A stretch of DNA of 64,000 nucleotides from Phoronis australis (Eukaryota > Animalia > Phoronida), in the NCBI GenBank assembly GCA_002633005.1, contig NMRA01000309.1, positions 1 through 64,000 on the forward strand, given 5' to 3'. Shown piece after piece: positions 53,366 to 63,998 of the stretch. The notes under the pieces are model-generated. The model did not search any database. It was given only the letters and a program-made list of their open reading frames with translations, and had not been told where the DNA came from. The position numbers and the translations under genes are program-made. Numbering within the stretch: position 1 is the stretch's first letter; every line of letters begins with the position of its first letter.

Positions 53366-56219
53366 TGATGGGACTCTCTGTTATGTTTTTGTTTAGTGCT
53401 TTAGTGCATTCCTTCCCTCCACATTTTACTGACAGAAAGCAGAGCCCACAAAAGGGTTTTACTAAAGACCTGAACCTAAGCATACTGAGTAATACTATAT
53501 AAGGTGTACCAAAAGATAAAGTGAAACAATTATTAAGCAAAGACTTTTTTGAAAAATGTATAGCTAATGTCCCTATATATGGATATACGGTATGTATTGC
53601 CTGCCTTTTGCAGATGCTTTGAATACGTTTGACATTTATTATTCATTGCTTAAAAGCTGGTTTGTATTAACTACACCTGTCATGTTTTAATGGACATATG
53701 TTCTGCTCATCATTTCTTCATTGTACTGTTTGAGGTCTAGAGGCCTTGGTACAGGTTGTATAAGTTTCAGTTTAGTAGAGGAAAAGTTCGAAATAGTATA
53801 TTTTTCTAGCAACATTGACTACTAATCCCTTGGCTGTGGTTTTAGTTGTAGGTTTAACAAGAGTTTGTTCTTGGATGATGACGTATGGAGAATGGTGAAA
53901 ATAGGCGACATGCCTGATGGACAAGGTTTTGGTAAGAACGTTAACGTGCTAGACATTGTACTGTTTGCGTGGTACAAGTCATTGTGCTGTTTGCATGGTA
54001 CTAGTCATTGTGCTGTTTGCATGGTACAAGTCATTCTGCTGTTTGCATGGTACAAGTCATTGTGCTATTTGCATGGTACAAGTCATTTTGCTGTTTGCAT
54101 GGTACAAGTCATTCTGCTGTGCAAGTCATTGTGCTGTTTATGTTATACAAGTCATTGTGCTGTTGACATGGCACCATCAGTGCAGCACAAACTGACATGG
54201 CACAAATTGTGACTGTAATTCGTGTTCTATGAAGAAACAGTGTGGCCTAGTGAGACAAGTGTCCGATTCCTTTACTCAAATTTGTGGCTCCAAGTGCCAC
54301 TGCTAGACCTTTGAATCAGGTCTCTAGCACCTTAACTCGGTTTCAACTATATAAAACAAACGGTTCCAGGTGATCAGTGCATTGGGCCCACCTGAGGGTA
54401 GTGTGCTCATCTGGAACAACGTGTACGAGACCGCTTGCAATTATTTTTTATGTTTAGGAACAGTTGAAAGTGACAAAAGCAGATATGCGTTGCCTGCGCA
54501 CGAGTCATGAACGCGTCCTTTCAGTTTTCGCCTTAACAATTTCGAATTCCGTGTATTCATTTCCTGCAGTAGAGCGCATACTCCATTGCATGTGTGGTGA
54601 CTTCGTGTCAACTTCATTTTTTACCAGGTTAACAAACGAAATGAGAGCCCTGCAATTTAAACACCAGGAAAGACTTTTAAAGAGTCTGTTGTTGATTAAA
54701 GTGACTACTGCTGCAGTGCACAAAATTTTAGTCAGAGTCACGAAACATTTTCTGCTAACGATAATGGTCTTTTCATGTTCCTTACTCCATTTAAAAGTAA
54801 TACCTAGGCTCATGAAGAACTGTTAATGCAGTGTTTCTTCAAATCAAGATCATAAAATTTCAGGTCATGCTTGTTGTTTTCAAACAAAGTGAGTTTAATG
54901 CTTTTTACGTGTTTATGACTTAGCCGTAAAATCTCTCTTTTGTGTTCATTTTAAACGGTCATATTTTATTACATGATTTTGAGTTCATTTTAGACGGTCA
55001 TATTTTATTACATGATTTTGCAATAAATGCCATCCTACAAAAAGAAATGTTTGTTGACCTGAAATACTTGTATGTTACCATGGGTTTACAATAGTTTCTT
55101 TTATGTTTTCAGAACAGTGTGGAATTGTTGCTCAAATGTCAGAGCCAATTGCAGATGCCAATATCTCAGAGTATTATTTAAGCTCATACTACTACGGTCA
55201 CACTCTGGTAAGGACATTGTTTATTCATGGGTATCATGGTGTGTTCAGGTATACAATTGTCCAGAGTACGAGGTTACTAAGTTAACTCCGAAATCAAAGT
55301 GAGTCTTATTGATGAGCACGTACAGAGCCTTTCATTGATAGAGGGCACTGAGGTGCTGTGGAAGCGCGGTAGTCTGAATAGAACCTGTGGCCCTTATTTG
55401 GCTATGGTGATCAGGCAATAGCAAGATCATCTCATCGGCCACAACGCTTTTTGGCTTTGTGTAGTATTCAGGTGCTTACAAAGGTATTTGCCCATATCAA
55501 AGCTATGCTGTTGCAATGAGATGTATGTATGTATTTATTTATTATAGTGACATAAGGGTACCAGTAAATACAATATCAAAGACAGATCATTCACCACACC
55601 CCCCAGCCTCAATGGGCTTACTCAGTCACCTAATAATTATTAAATCATTACATAACAAATTGCACAAGCTCAAATATGACCACTTCAGACTAGTTTATAA
55701 ACAAATAATTACTTCTAACCTGTAAAGCGTCTTGAATGAATTTCGCAATGAGATTGTTCAATGATTTTATAATTCATATCATTCTGTAATTTCCACTTGA
55801 GGAATTAATTGACCAAAAATTTGGTTATCATTTAAAGCACCTTTGTGCATCCATTGTCTGCAATTTCCTCTTGTACTCATTCACCAATAGATAAAACTGA
55901 CCACTAAAGCCAGTTAGTTCCTGTCACTGGCTGAACAATGATATACCCAAGTGTCCATGAACACCACTCAGTCAGTAATTGGAATTTACGATGCTGATAT
56001 GCAGTATTGTAATACAGGGTTGAAGAATAATGCTAAAAAGCTCGACAGCATTCATTGGCTCCTTACTAATTTGTCTCTGAAATCATTTTGAATAACATTT
56101 TGAGAAGACAGTAGTTTGTCAATCTTTGTTTTCTATTGTCATCTTAGGTCCCAGAAGCTGATATTGATTTGGTTCTGAACATCTTAAAAAGTCGACACAA
56201 GACTCAGAAGGAACCGTAG
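22158..56219 (+). CDS. CASTOR1: CASTOR/GATSL family ACT-domain protein (cytosolic arginine sensor for mTORC1 homolog), 9 exons, 331 aa: join(22158..22309,34137..34207,37626..37807,46345..46462,47636..47765,52601..52696,53852..53931,55113..55207,56148..56219)
   Basis: All introns GT-AG with consistent phases; 996 nt. Aligns along its length to human CASTOR1/2 (MELNVLKHRL, CQFFSFTET.DDYT, KIAK..I.PLA, LSTFQNDFILV, SPKNRF, MFYS, WRMVKIG, CGIVAQ, HTLVPE). Probably co-orthologous to CASTOR1 and CASTOR2. Confidence 0.95.
22828..23041. mobile_element. Foldback/palindromic MITE
   Basis: aagctgctgtaagttcccaagttactgc and gcagtaatttgggaacttggtgtagctt are inverted, as are gaactgaaattgacaacaatgagtgc and gcattcattgtcgtcaatttcagttc. 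Confidence 0.75.
26399..26890. mobile_element. hAT MITE (492 bp)
   Basis: TIR caggcctttatgcag / ctggataaaggcctg; perfect 8-bp TSD attccagg; subterminal ggacgcc/ggacacc motifs. Confidence 0.9.
29365..30163 (-). mobile_element. HINE-like repeat copy C (diverged)
   Basis: tttttatgcacccacatatt is the 3' end; internal ccctagtggcaattttagtttt; 30070-30163 is the reverse complement of the family 5' end. Confidence 0.65.
31002..31388. repeat. Minisatellite, 12 copies of a 29/33-bp unit
   Basis: ttagtgcagccatcacctaagtcatctg(tctg)c; 4 short and 8 long units. Confidence 0.95.
31655..31765. repeat. About 52-bp tandem duplication
   Basis: cagggaccagwaccacatctggtg..agtaaag..ctgtgtgtgcataat occurs twice. 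Confidence 0.8.
34137..34207 (+). CDS. CASTOR1: CASTOR exon 2
   Basis: CQFFSFTETCDDYTVIIDERGFA. Confidence 0.95.
34768..36245. mobile_element. Non-autonomous Tc1/mariner (Tc2/pogo-like) element, 1478 bp
   Basis: TA TSD; TIR ccgtattcgccataataaccgccc / gggcggttattaaggcgaatacgg; subterminal taagcgccc repeats; no transposase ORF. Confidence 0.9.
37626..37807 (+). CDS. CASTOR1: CASTOR exon 3 (ACT2)
   Basis: EIPACDHVVPSVWIALNVSVGAFSDSSTCGISKIAKTMIIPLADLGVPIYSLSTFQNDFIL; gtgagt donor. Confidence 0.96.
38741..39946 (-). mobile_element. HINE-like repeat copy D
   Basis: tttttatgcgcccacatatttatatgtggg hairpin end; caacgctttgcattgctctt is the 5' end reversed; internal module duplications. Confidence 0.7.
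40711..41928 (-). mobile_element. HINE-like repeat copy E
   Basis: Ends gggcacatttcaatgctctgctttgctcttgtt (family 5' end reversed); multiple gcctcctagtggc modules. Confidence 0.7.
42128..43811. mobile_element. Non-autonomous Kolobok transposon (1684 bp) with a remnant of the accessory KolX-like gene
   Basis: TTAA TSD; TIR aggagcatgccatcc / gggtggcattctcct; internal ORF from 43248 with YQFEQEY..EE...RL followed by a gtaag donor. Confidence 0.8.
45694..46134. mobile_element. Harbinger-like MITE
   Basis: About 55-bp imperfect TIR gtggccagttgcatgaaacagtcccaaatagggactcaactaaactccctaaatct / agatttagggagcttagctgagtccccgtttggaactgtttcatgcaaccgctcac. Confidence 0.8.
46345..46462 (+). CDS. CASTOR1: CASTOR exon 4
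   Basis: VKEEDLDKALRCLANFYKIFKETKTENVPLDVEPFQLIT. Confidence 0.93.
47185..47298. repeat. Degenerate tandem repeat of about 22 bp, about 5 copies
   Basis: aaattt..gtcctggcatgat-like units. Confidence 0.55.
47636..47765 (+). CDS. CASTOR1: CASTOR exon 5
   Basis: KSPRPITHQFTSPKNRFYLSSYNYGDLSKIALPLIQAMFYSS; gtaagt donor. Confidence 0.94.
47968..49504. mobile_element. Possible old hAT-like element hosting a nested LINE fragment
   Basis: Termini cagtgttcc / gaaacactg with accgga motifs near both ends; no TSD recovered. Confidence 0.35.
48850..49330 (-). mobile_element. 5'-truncated LINE (L2/Crack/CR1 group) 3' end
   Basis: PNKPKTNCGKRTFAYRGA then a frameshifted ..VHVFKQK; 3' stem-loop and (AATA)n tail like the copy at 8300. 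Confidence 0.72.
50062..50225. repeat. 52-bp tandem repeat, 3 near-perfect copies
   Basis: aaatcatgctactgtagacagtgcaatgactgtaacaaagaggtacattgac. Confidence 0.95.
50270..50309. repeat. (GT/GC)n microsatellite
   Basis: gtgtgtgtgtgtgtgtgcgtgcgtgtgtgtgtgcgtgcgt. Confidence 0.9.
51658..52058. mobile_element. Harbinger MITE (401 bp)
   Basis: CTG TSD; about 43-bp TIR ggcccggtctccaatctttttactcgaaatggaactcgaaatta / taatttcgagttcgtttcgagtacaaagattagagaccgggcc. Confidence 0.88.
52601..52696 (+). CDS. CASTOR1: CASTOR exon 6
   Basis: LTLPSCDHEKFFTFAVVDEDVSIVLDETTLKR. Confidence 0.93.
53324..53363. repeat. (AC)n microsatellite, about 20 units
   Basis: Perfect dinucleotide run. Confidence 0.97.
53852..53931 (+). 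CDS. CASTOR1: CASTOR exon 7
   Basis: FNKSLFLDDDVWRMVKIGDMPDGQGF; gtaaga donor; alternative in-frame acceptor gives a start at 53846. Confidence 0.93.
53954..54170. repeat. 26-bp minisatellite, about 8 copies
   Basis: cattgtgctgtttgcatggtacaagt; explains the repetitive ORFs at 53865 and 53956. Confidence 0.93.
54232..54445 (+). mobile_element. Possible degenerate tRNA-derived SINE
   Basis: A-box-like gtggcctagtg and degenerate B-box ggctccaagtgcc, then gcaccttaac; family unverified. Confidence 0.3.
54944..55020. repeat. 39-bp tandem duplication
   Basis: gttcattttaracggtcatattttattacatgattttg occurs twice. Confidence 0.9.
55113..55207 (+). CDS. CASTOR1: CASTOR exon 8 (ACT4)
   Basis: EQCGIVAQMSEPIADANISEYYLSSYYYGHTL; gtaagg donor. 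Confidence 0.95.
56148..56219 (+). CDS. CASTOR1: CASTOR exon 9 (last coding)
   Basis: VPEADIDLVLNILKSRHKTQKEP then TAG; compare human VPEDGIGSVIEVLQRR. Confidence 0.93.
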   Translation, partial: VPEADIDLVLNILKSRHKTQKEP

Positions 56220-59200
56220 CTTGTGGCTGTATTCGTAGATGAGCCGAGAAATGAAAGCTGAAGTGATGACAAATAGAAGCTGCTCACAGTATTGTAATAA
56301 TCCTATAGTGCACAGCAAAAGTGATCGTTACAGCTAAGCTTATGCACAATTAACCATCACAGTAGCCATCGGTTTTGAACTAGGATTAGTTTAATAACAC
56401 AAGATACTGGTACGTAAAATCTAGTGTGATCATGTTTCGCTTGTTGTTTATGGCATTATCAGGAGAAGACTTTCATGATCTCCCACACCTCATAAGAAAC
56501 TAGTCTTATAAAACGGAGTCAAGTAATGAAGTTGATTTAAGATGGTGTGGGGTTGTGGAAACACATTATGTTCAAGTGACTCATCACGGTGCTTTGTCAC
56601 TCTGCTCAAAGCTGGCATGAGAAACTAAATGGAAAAAGTGCCACCTGCTGGCGTTCTTTGTTACCAGAGTTGATGGTGTGCATCATTTGAAGTGACAAAA
56701 ATCAGCTTTTAGTATTCTTTCTAAAGGACAGTGTGTCAGGTTTCAGAGAAGTTTCTCGAAGTAACAGTCATATTCGGAGGTACTAGGTTGACAACCATTG
56801 GTAACTTACCCTTTTTGTTCTTAAGAAATTCTCCTAGTCTGTGTATTTTATCATGAAGTCTGATTTATTGTTACATCCCTACATTATTGCACTCACAGAA
56901 AACTTAACTGGACTTGTTGTGCACACAATTTCGCATACTTATCCTAATATTTATATTTTTCCTTTGAGAAAAAACAAAATGAAACTTAAATATCCAAAAA
57001 AACTTTTGTCAGGGGTATCAAATAGAAGATGATTTGTATACTGTAGGCAGTTAGATCGCAAGATTTCAGCAATGGGTGCTTCGATGTGCATGTTGGTTGT
57101 GAAGCATTGTTAATATCATTTTAGCATGGATAAATTATGAATCGATTGCCGAGAAATTTGTTAAGTTATTCTGCTTCTTGAATTTTGTGTGCCCACATTA
57201 TGTATATTCATGTTGCAGTTTCAATTTTTTGCAACTTAAATTTAATAGAAGAGCTAGTATGTTTTTTTGTGAATTTGATTGGGTTGTTAGAAAGTTCCCA
57301 TGTTTTACATGGCATAGTTACTGTCCTATTCTGTTTAACATTTTTTGTTTCAGCTATTAAAGTAATTTTTTACGCACTGTATGAAAGTGTAAATCAATAC
57401 CAAAGAAATGGATACAGTGAATTAATGTATTAGTCTTGATTTTGCATCGGATGTACATGTTTGAGCCAGTTGTTACCAAAAATCAATTCAGTAATGGATG
57501 AAAGCCAATTGATTTTTTAGTTTACTTACCGGTAACTACTTTTCACTGTAGATTTTTTGATAACGATAATTAGAATTATTGTAATAATTGCTAACTGTCA
57601 ATGAAAACGAGGCCAATGCTAGAAATGGTTGATATGTTAATTTGACATTCAAATAACAGGTGTGGCTATAATTCTCTTATTTTGCACAAAATTAATTGCC
57701 AAAGTTGTCATTTTTACATTTTTCAAAGGCTGGCTAACTTGCTACCCATGATGGAAACTTGATCAAATGTTGATTTATGATATCTACTTACTGTAAGTCA
57801 TGCTAGTAATATGCTAAAATTTTCTTAATCTCTCTTTTTTGTGGAGAAATTTAACAGAATAGAATAACTTTGTTTCTTGCTCATATTGCATACTAATTAA
57901 GAATTCCCTTTTGTCAAATGTATGGGCTATAGGAGGCTATACACGCCAAAAATAACCTGACAATTTGACCCGGACTCCCTGGTAAGGAATTCCCTGTAAC
58001 GGCAGCCAAGTGCAAGTGGAATGACAACCCTTCATGACAAGTCATTGCTAGTCAGCTGAATTTTGCCCAATCCTTTTTTTCCGTCTACTGTAGTAAAGTC
58101 TTGTCTTCAGCAGTGGATTGTACTATGGAGCTGAAGACAGGAAGAGCTCAGACCAACACATTGTCAGTAACACTTTTAAATTGTTTTTTTGGTTGTAATG
58201 AAACTTGTTTTGTTTATTTGAAGCATCAATGAATACAAGCTGCCTCGTGTAATTTGTTAAGTCTCAGGACCATGCTAAAAGCATAGACTTATCAAGAGGG
58301 ATGATTTACACACCGGTCAGCATTTTAACAGTCAAGTTAAATGCTAAGGCTGTGATAAAGCAACTTTCCAGTTACATCAAGTTCCACATCATCAAACGAA
58401 AGGGAAAACTTTTGAAATTGTTTAACATGTTAAGACTCGTTGGCGAAATCTTTGTGAACAACTTGTCATAGGATTGATATTCAACTGGCTTCCAAGCTGG
58501 TATCACATATTACCTTTTTGTTTCGTAAATTACTGTTTTACTTTTAACATTTTTACCTACAGTGATGTATGATGCCTATTCTGGTGGGACGACTGAATGC
58601 CAGGATGCGGGTGACTTAACCTGATTATAAGCCATACCCAGCTTGTTTTTCTATAAACTTAAGCCAGTTTGTTACAATTTTCCATTGAGTACATTTTCTT
58701 GTGAAGAATGGGTTACCAAGAAGTAACTGACTTGTTACGCGAAAATGACAACTCACGAATGACGACTTTTAAAAACAACTGCTTTTTGCCATGTTCAGCC
58801 AACTAAAAAAGGAAATTCAAATTGGGCCTTTCACTCTCATGAAATCAGTCTCATAATATTCCTTACTGTGATAGGATTCTATTTGCATTCCCAACTCGTG
58901 TCACAGGCATTGTGTATGTGCACCGTTCTTGAATTTGCAATTCTGGGGTGGTCAATCCCCCCCCCCCATTAACTTTGAAGCATTCTCTTGAGGTGCTCGT
59001 GGTTTTTATGTTCTTGTCAGGTTACAGAAATGCAATCCTATCAGGGTAAAGATATGCGACTGACTTCTGAGAGGTCTAATTTTGTTTTTAGCCAACAGGC
59101 ATCTCTAGTCGCACACTTTTACAGTCGTTTAAATGAAAGGAGATATTACTGTGGTCTAAGAAAGAGCGAGGACAGAGGAGTTCCGCGAGGTAGCTTGTAG

Positions 59201-59333
59201 TTGAATCTTATTTTAGGAAATGTTTCGTTGAAGAAACTGTAGATGTAGAATATAGTTGATGGGACTGATGGAATGAGTGTTCAATCATAATTTATTATTG
59301 AGTTAAGTCAAATATCATTCCATGTGCGTTGCG

Positions 59334-59339
59334 AATAAA
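59334..59339 (+). terminator. Candidate CASTOR poly(A) signal (implies a 3' UTR of about 3.1 kb)
   Basis: AATAAA followed by GT-rich tatgttgtcatgttgttttgt; a second AATAAA at about 59617. Confidence 0.45.
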
Positions 59340-60049
59340 ATGAGTTGCTGATCAATTTATGTTGTCATGTTGTTTTGTATAGAAAGAGTCTTGATTTGAT
59401 GTGCAATCCGCTTTCCGTGAAAGGTGTAAACTTGTAATTTAGACCACTTACTATAAAATTGGTCACAACTTTTTGGTTTCAAAGAGCTGGCAGTTCATTA
59501 TCCCCAAGCTCATGTTCGGTGCTTAAAATGGCATGCTATGACAAGCCAGAGACAAGTCTCTAGCAACAGCTAACTTTCAGTTCTTTCAAAACCTTGAAGT
59601 CACCTCCAATTTGACCAATAAACTTAGACTGAAGACAAAAGGAACAACTGCAGATGAATTTTATGGCACCAAGGGGTATAAATCGGTAGTTTGGGCATTA
59701 CCACATTCCATGCACTACGTTACTGTCACATACTTCATTCAGTAAAAAATCAGCTATTCTCAGTAAATTGCAATCTATGTTGGGGAAAATCCGTAATTGG
59801 TTTATCACAGTCTGGCTTTATCCGTAGCCCAGGTTTCGGGTTGACAACTGTTTGACCTTGTAGCCCAGGTGAAACTGGTGGCCTGAGTGGCAACTTGATG
59901 CTCAAATCTAAGTATACTATGTGCAATTATACTATGTGCAAGTATACTATGTGCATGCCAAGTGGCGTGTGACTAACCTGGAGTGTTATCTTATGGATGT
60001 GAATGCAACAAGAGGGCCCCAAGGAAAATCTACGTAGCCAGTCTGAGCA

Positions 60050-61055
60050 GAGATACAGGTCTATTGGGGCTGTGACACTAAACACTAATAACCAGAGATG
60101 GAGCTCTACTGGGACTGACACTACTAACACTGATGACCAGAGACGGAGCAATACTGGGACTGCGACACTACACTAATAACCAGAGATGGAGCTCTACTGG
60201 GATTGCGACACTACAGTGGCAGATCTAGGATATCACAAGGGGGGCCCAACATTTTGTCTGTAAGCATTTGCGCAAAGCACGATCATTGTAGATGCGGATA
60301 GCACCGAATGGGCAAGCCCCCTCCCGTCCAGGAAAATTTTCTGTTTTTTTTCTCCTAAAAATCAAGCATTTTCCTTGATACTCCTATTATGATACAAAGA
60401 GACCTACTTGCTTATGGTCCACAGCATTTGGGCGCGAATCCTACTTCTTTTTGTAATGCTTATTACACGTTTTATATTTTGTGCAATCGGTTCGTAACAA
60501 ATTTGTTGTTTAAAATAGTCATCAAATGCCCAAAAGACCAAATCCGTTTTTCGTGTTAGCAATAATGACGCGATTGCTTTGGAAATCCATTTTCACGAAA
60601 GACATCGCTCTAGTCGGTTGGCTTACGTAGTAAATGTTGGAAATCGTCTTAAGTTAAAGTTTGACAAAGAGAGAATTATGAGTTTCTGAGTGATTCACTA
60701 AGGCTTTGATTAAAATTCACATCTTACCAACAGCTTCCATTTTTTCATCGTCACTCAGCTTCCATTTTCTTTAAAAAATGTGAAGTAATTTTATTCATTG
60801 CACAGTGGAGCAGACGACGGAAACGGAGTCATAGTGCGCAGTGCCACTGCCGGTCACCTAGGATATCGCGGGAGAGCCAATACTTAGCCATAGTTCTGTT
60901 ACGATTGTGCCGTGTTTCAAATTCGACACTTGAAATTGGACCTGGGACCCCCCCCCCCCAACNTAACTTTTAACCAGAGATGGAGCTCTACTGGGCTGTG
61001 ACACTTTTAACTTTTAACCAGAGATGGAGCTCTACTAGCACTACTAACACTAATA
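60050..61055. repeat. About 45-bp minisatellite split by a hAT-like insertion (60214-60960)
   Basis: accagagatggagctctactggg..gacact units at 60050-60213 and 60964-61055; insert starts cagtggcagatctagga and its right end runs into an N. Confidence 0.7.
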
Positions 61056-63869
61056 ATAGTCCCAAATTGATTGGACGACATCAAATCGTTAAAAGGTTAG
61101 TTTTTGTGCATGTAAAACGAACATATTGAATAGGATGCATAGTTTGAGACAAATGAGGGAATTTGTGGATGGAAAAAAACTTTACTTTGAAATACAGTAA
61201 AAAATGTGCATGCAAAGTGAAAATTGAAATTCAGATTGTGGAAAGGTCACCAGACAGATTCATTGCACAAATCTGTATTTAATATAAAACGAAACGAAGA
61301 CCACGAATACATGGATGGGAAGTATTTGTGTTGGTTATGGCATGAAAACTTTGATTTGTTGCTTAAAAGTATTTTTGATAAAAGCGTCGCGTGAATTGCA
61401 ATTATGTGTTCATCATTTGCATTATAGTTTGTAAAATAAACTTGTGAGTCTCTAAATTCATCAGTTGGTGGATATGCGAAGGTCATATTTTGCAAACACT
61501 TACTGATAAATGTTGACTTTTTCAGCATGCCAATCTTGAACTGAAATGCTGTACATTGTCAAAATCTGTTGGCTTTTCCGAACAACATCCAAACTTACAA
61601 CTGAACAATGGCTGCTTACTAAGTAAAACGTTATGGTTATATGGAATGCAAGGTATGATTGGATGTTAATTTAGTGGTTTATTAAAGCCAAAAATAACAC
61701 AAATGAGCTGCTCCATTACCAACACCAAATCATAAGAAATATAAAAAACAAGCAGTGTATAATTTCACAAGTTGATTGTTGCAACGTCTAGCAAAATTGA
61801 AACATTCAACACTCTCAATTGTGTGAAATGGGGTGATTCAAAATGAACTGTACTGAAAACAAATTTTATTCATTAAATATTCATTCAAACCCTCAAAGCT
61901 GCATACAGCTTTAGGGTCAGAAAGTGACAAGTTACAGCAAGATGCTCTGCAGAAGCAATCAGTAAAAAGGTAATTCCCAAGGCTAATTTGTGATGCGTAA
62001 CACATCAAAAAGTCTCTATGTCAATTGAGACGTTTGTGAAGACTGTACAGTACTCTATGCTGTACGTGGCTATAAAATCAACGCAACTGAACAGTGACGA
62101 TCAGGGTAGAGAAACAATTGTCATTGTCCTCATATATACTAGTGGCAAATTAATACTGAATCGCATTACATCGGGACACAATAACTGACCTCTTCCCAGT
62201 GTTTTAGAGCATGGACATTGAAATTCAGCAGACAATGCATGTGGGTTCAGATGTAATATTTGACCACTAGTTACAGTCAGTTTTTACAGAGTCCAGCCAT
62301 AATAAGAAACAGTCCAGCCAGGAAATTTACAACATTAACTACTAACTTATTTATCCACCATGCCACTGGCAACTGAACATGATGTAAAACTACAGTCTAG
62401 CTATGTTGTAGTAACTGACCATTATGAAACTTTTCCTTGTTCATACACACACTCTTAAATTGGAGGTACAGATTACAATGTGCTTAACAGAATTAAGTTA
62501 TTTTAGATGTATGGGGTTAAACAAGTAGTCCTAGAAAAGCCTTAACAAAATAAGAAAACGCAAATTCAGTCACAAAAATGTAGGCCCGTCAAATGATAGG
62601 TGAAGCTGCCTTTTAGTGCTATATTGCATCACCGCGAGATCCCAGGCAGAACAACACAAGGCCTATAACAGTTGTATTGAGTAGGGGTCTGAATAGGACA
62701 CCATTGTGTGTTGGTGTTATTCGCAGCTGTTTGATTTTCGCAGTGACATAGGCAAAAGCAAGCCAATACGCCTAATAGTTTGCTACATTTGACAATTTAT
62801 GGCACTAGTGGGCGCAGAATAATGCTCTTAACACACTGTGGGAACCAAATTTATTGGTGTTACTCTTTAAGATAGGTTTTAAATCAGTTTTCACCACAAA
62901 GGCAACTGACCAATTACTCAATGAAGAGGTACAAATATGATATTACTGAAATCAGTCCTCAAATCCATTAAAACATTACTTTCAAAATGCAATTGGCATT
63001 GCCTTAAAGGGTTAACACAGAACATTATTTCTAATTTAACAGGCTCCACCATTTTTTCCTCTTCTCAAGGTCCAAAGGGTATTTATAAAGGATACAATGC
63101 ACCATGATATCAACAAAGAAAACGGGTTGTTCAATCATTTTTGCCATGGAGATACAATTTACCCAATTACCCATAACTGCATGGGTGCTAACAAAGAAAC
63201 CCCAGGAAACTTTCAAAAGATATAGACTTTACCAAAACCCATTAGTGTGGTGAGGTAGAATGAAATTTGGCTTGCATTTTTTAAGATAATCAAGCCACAA
63301 TGCTCCCTGTAACGAAATGTTACAAGCCTCTAAGGGTCAGCAGAAAACTTAAAGCAGTTATAAACTTGTGTTTCGTCCAAGAAGCCAAGACAACTTACAG
63401 AGCCTCGTCTCAAGAAATAACGGGCTGTCTGTCAGTCCATTCGAAGCCCGGAGACCAATTTCATGATGGAAATCAGGTTTGCTAAGCTATGACACTAAAC
63501 TGGAGTCTGATAGCAAATGCACAAGTAAACATAACCAGAGTAGGAGGTAAAGCTAAATAATCGGGCACTTTTGTGACACAATTTATTTTATGAAAGGTAA
63601 GTGAGCTATATTTGTTTTTTGAGCCAAAGTCTGAAGACCAAAGTAGGCTTAGCCAATCAGTAATAATCAACTAACATCTCATATAGTTAATTTGTTCACC
63701 AGAGGTCACTATAAAATGCAGTGGTTTTCATGATTTGTTGACCTCATCCAGTGGTGAGTTGACTTCAGGCAGTATTGTCAAATAAAGCATTGGAAGTAGA
63801 CAAGTCGGTGCACTCATTCATTGTGCATCTTGGAAACACACACTTTTTAAACAACTTGCGTATTTGACA

Positions 63870-63998
63870 CTAAGGAGACAACAGGTTTTTTTCCATTTTC
63901 TCAGCAACTTTCTTTTGTATCATAGCACCATAAAAGTCATGTAGTTCTTGGAAGTTTTTAGGTTTTCCTCCTTTTATCATTACACTTATTGGCTGTTG
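63870..63998 (-). CDS. Putative C-terminal fragment of an unidentified gene running off the right edge
   Basis: Open frame QQPISVMIKGGKPKNFQELHDFYGAMIQKKVAEKMEKNLLSP then TAG; about 2 kb of repeat-poor UTR-like sequence follows, with AATAAA on - at 61865 and 61678. Confidence 0.4.
   Translation of the reverse strand, partial: QQPISVMIKGGKPKNFQELHDFYGAMIQKKVAEKMEKNLLSP

Noticed and set aside
53865-54212. Repetitive Cys/His-rich ORFs
   Set aside because: Read-through of CASTOR exon 7 into a 26-bp minisatellite.
55530-55830. Third LINE 3' remnant
   Set aside because: The tail is suggestive but the coding signature is too decayed to support a call.
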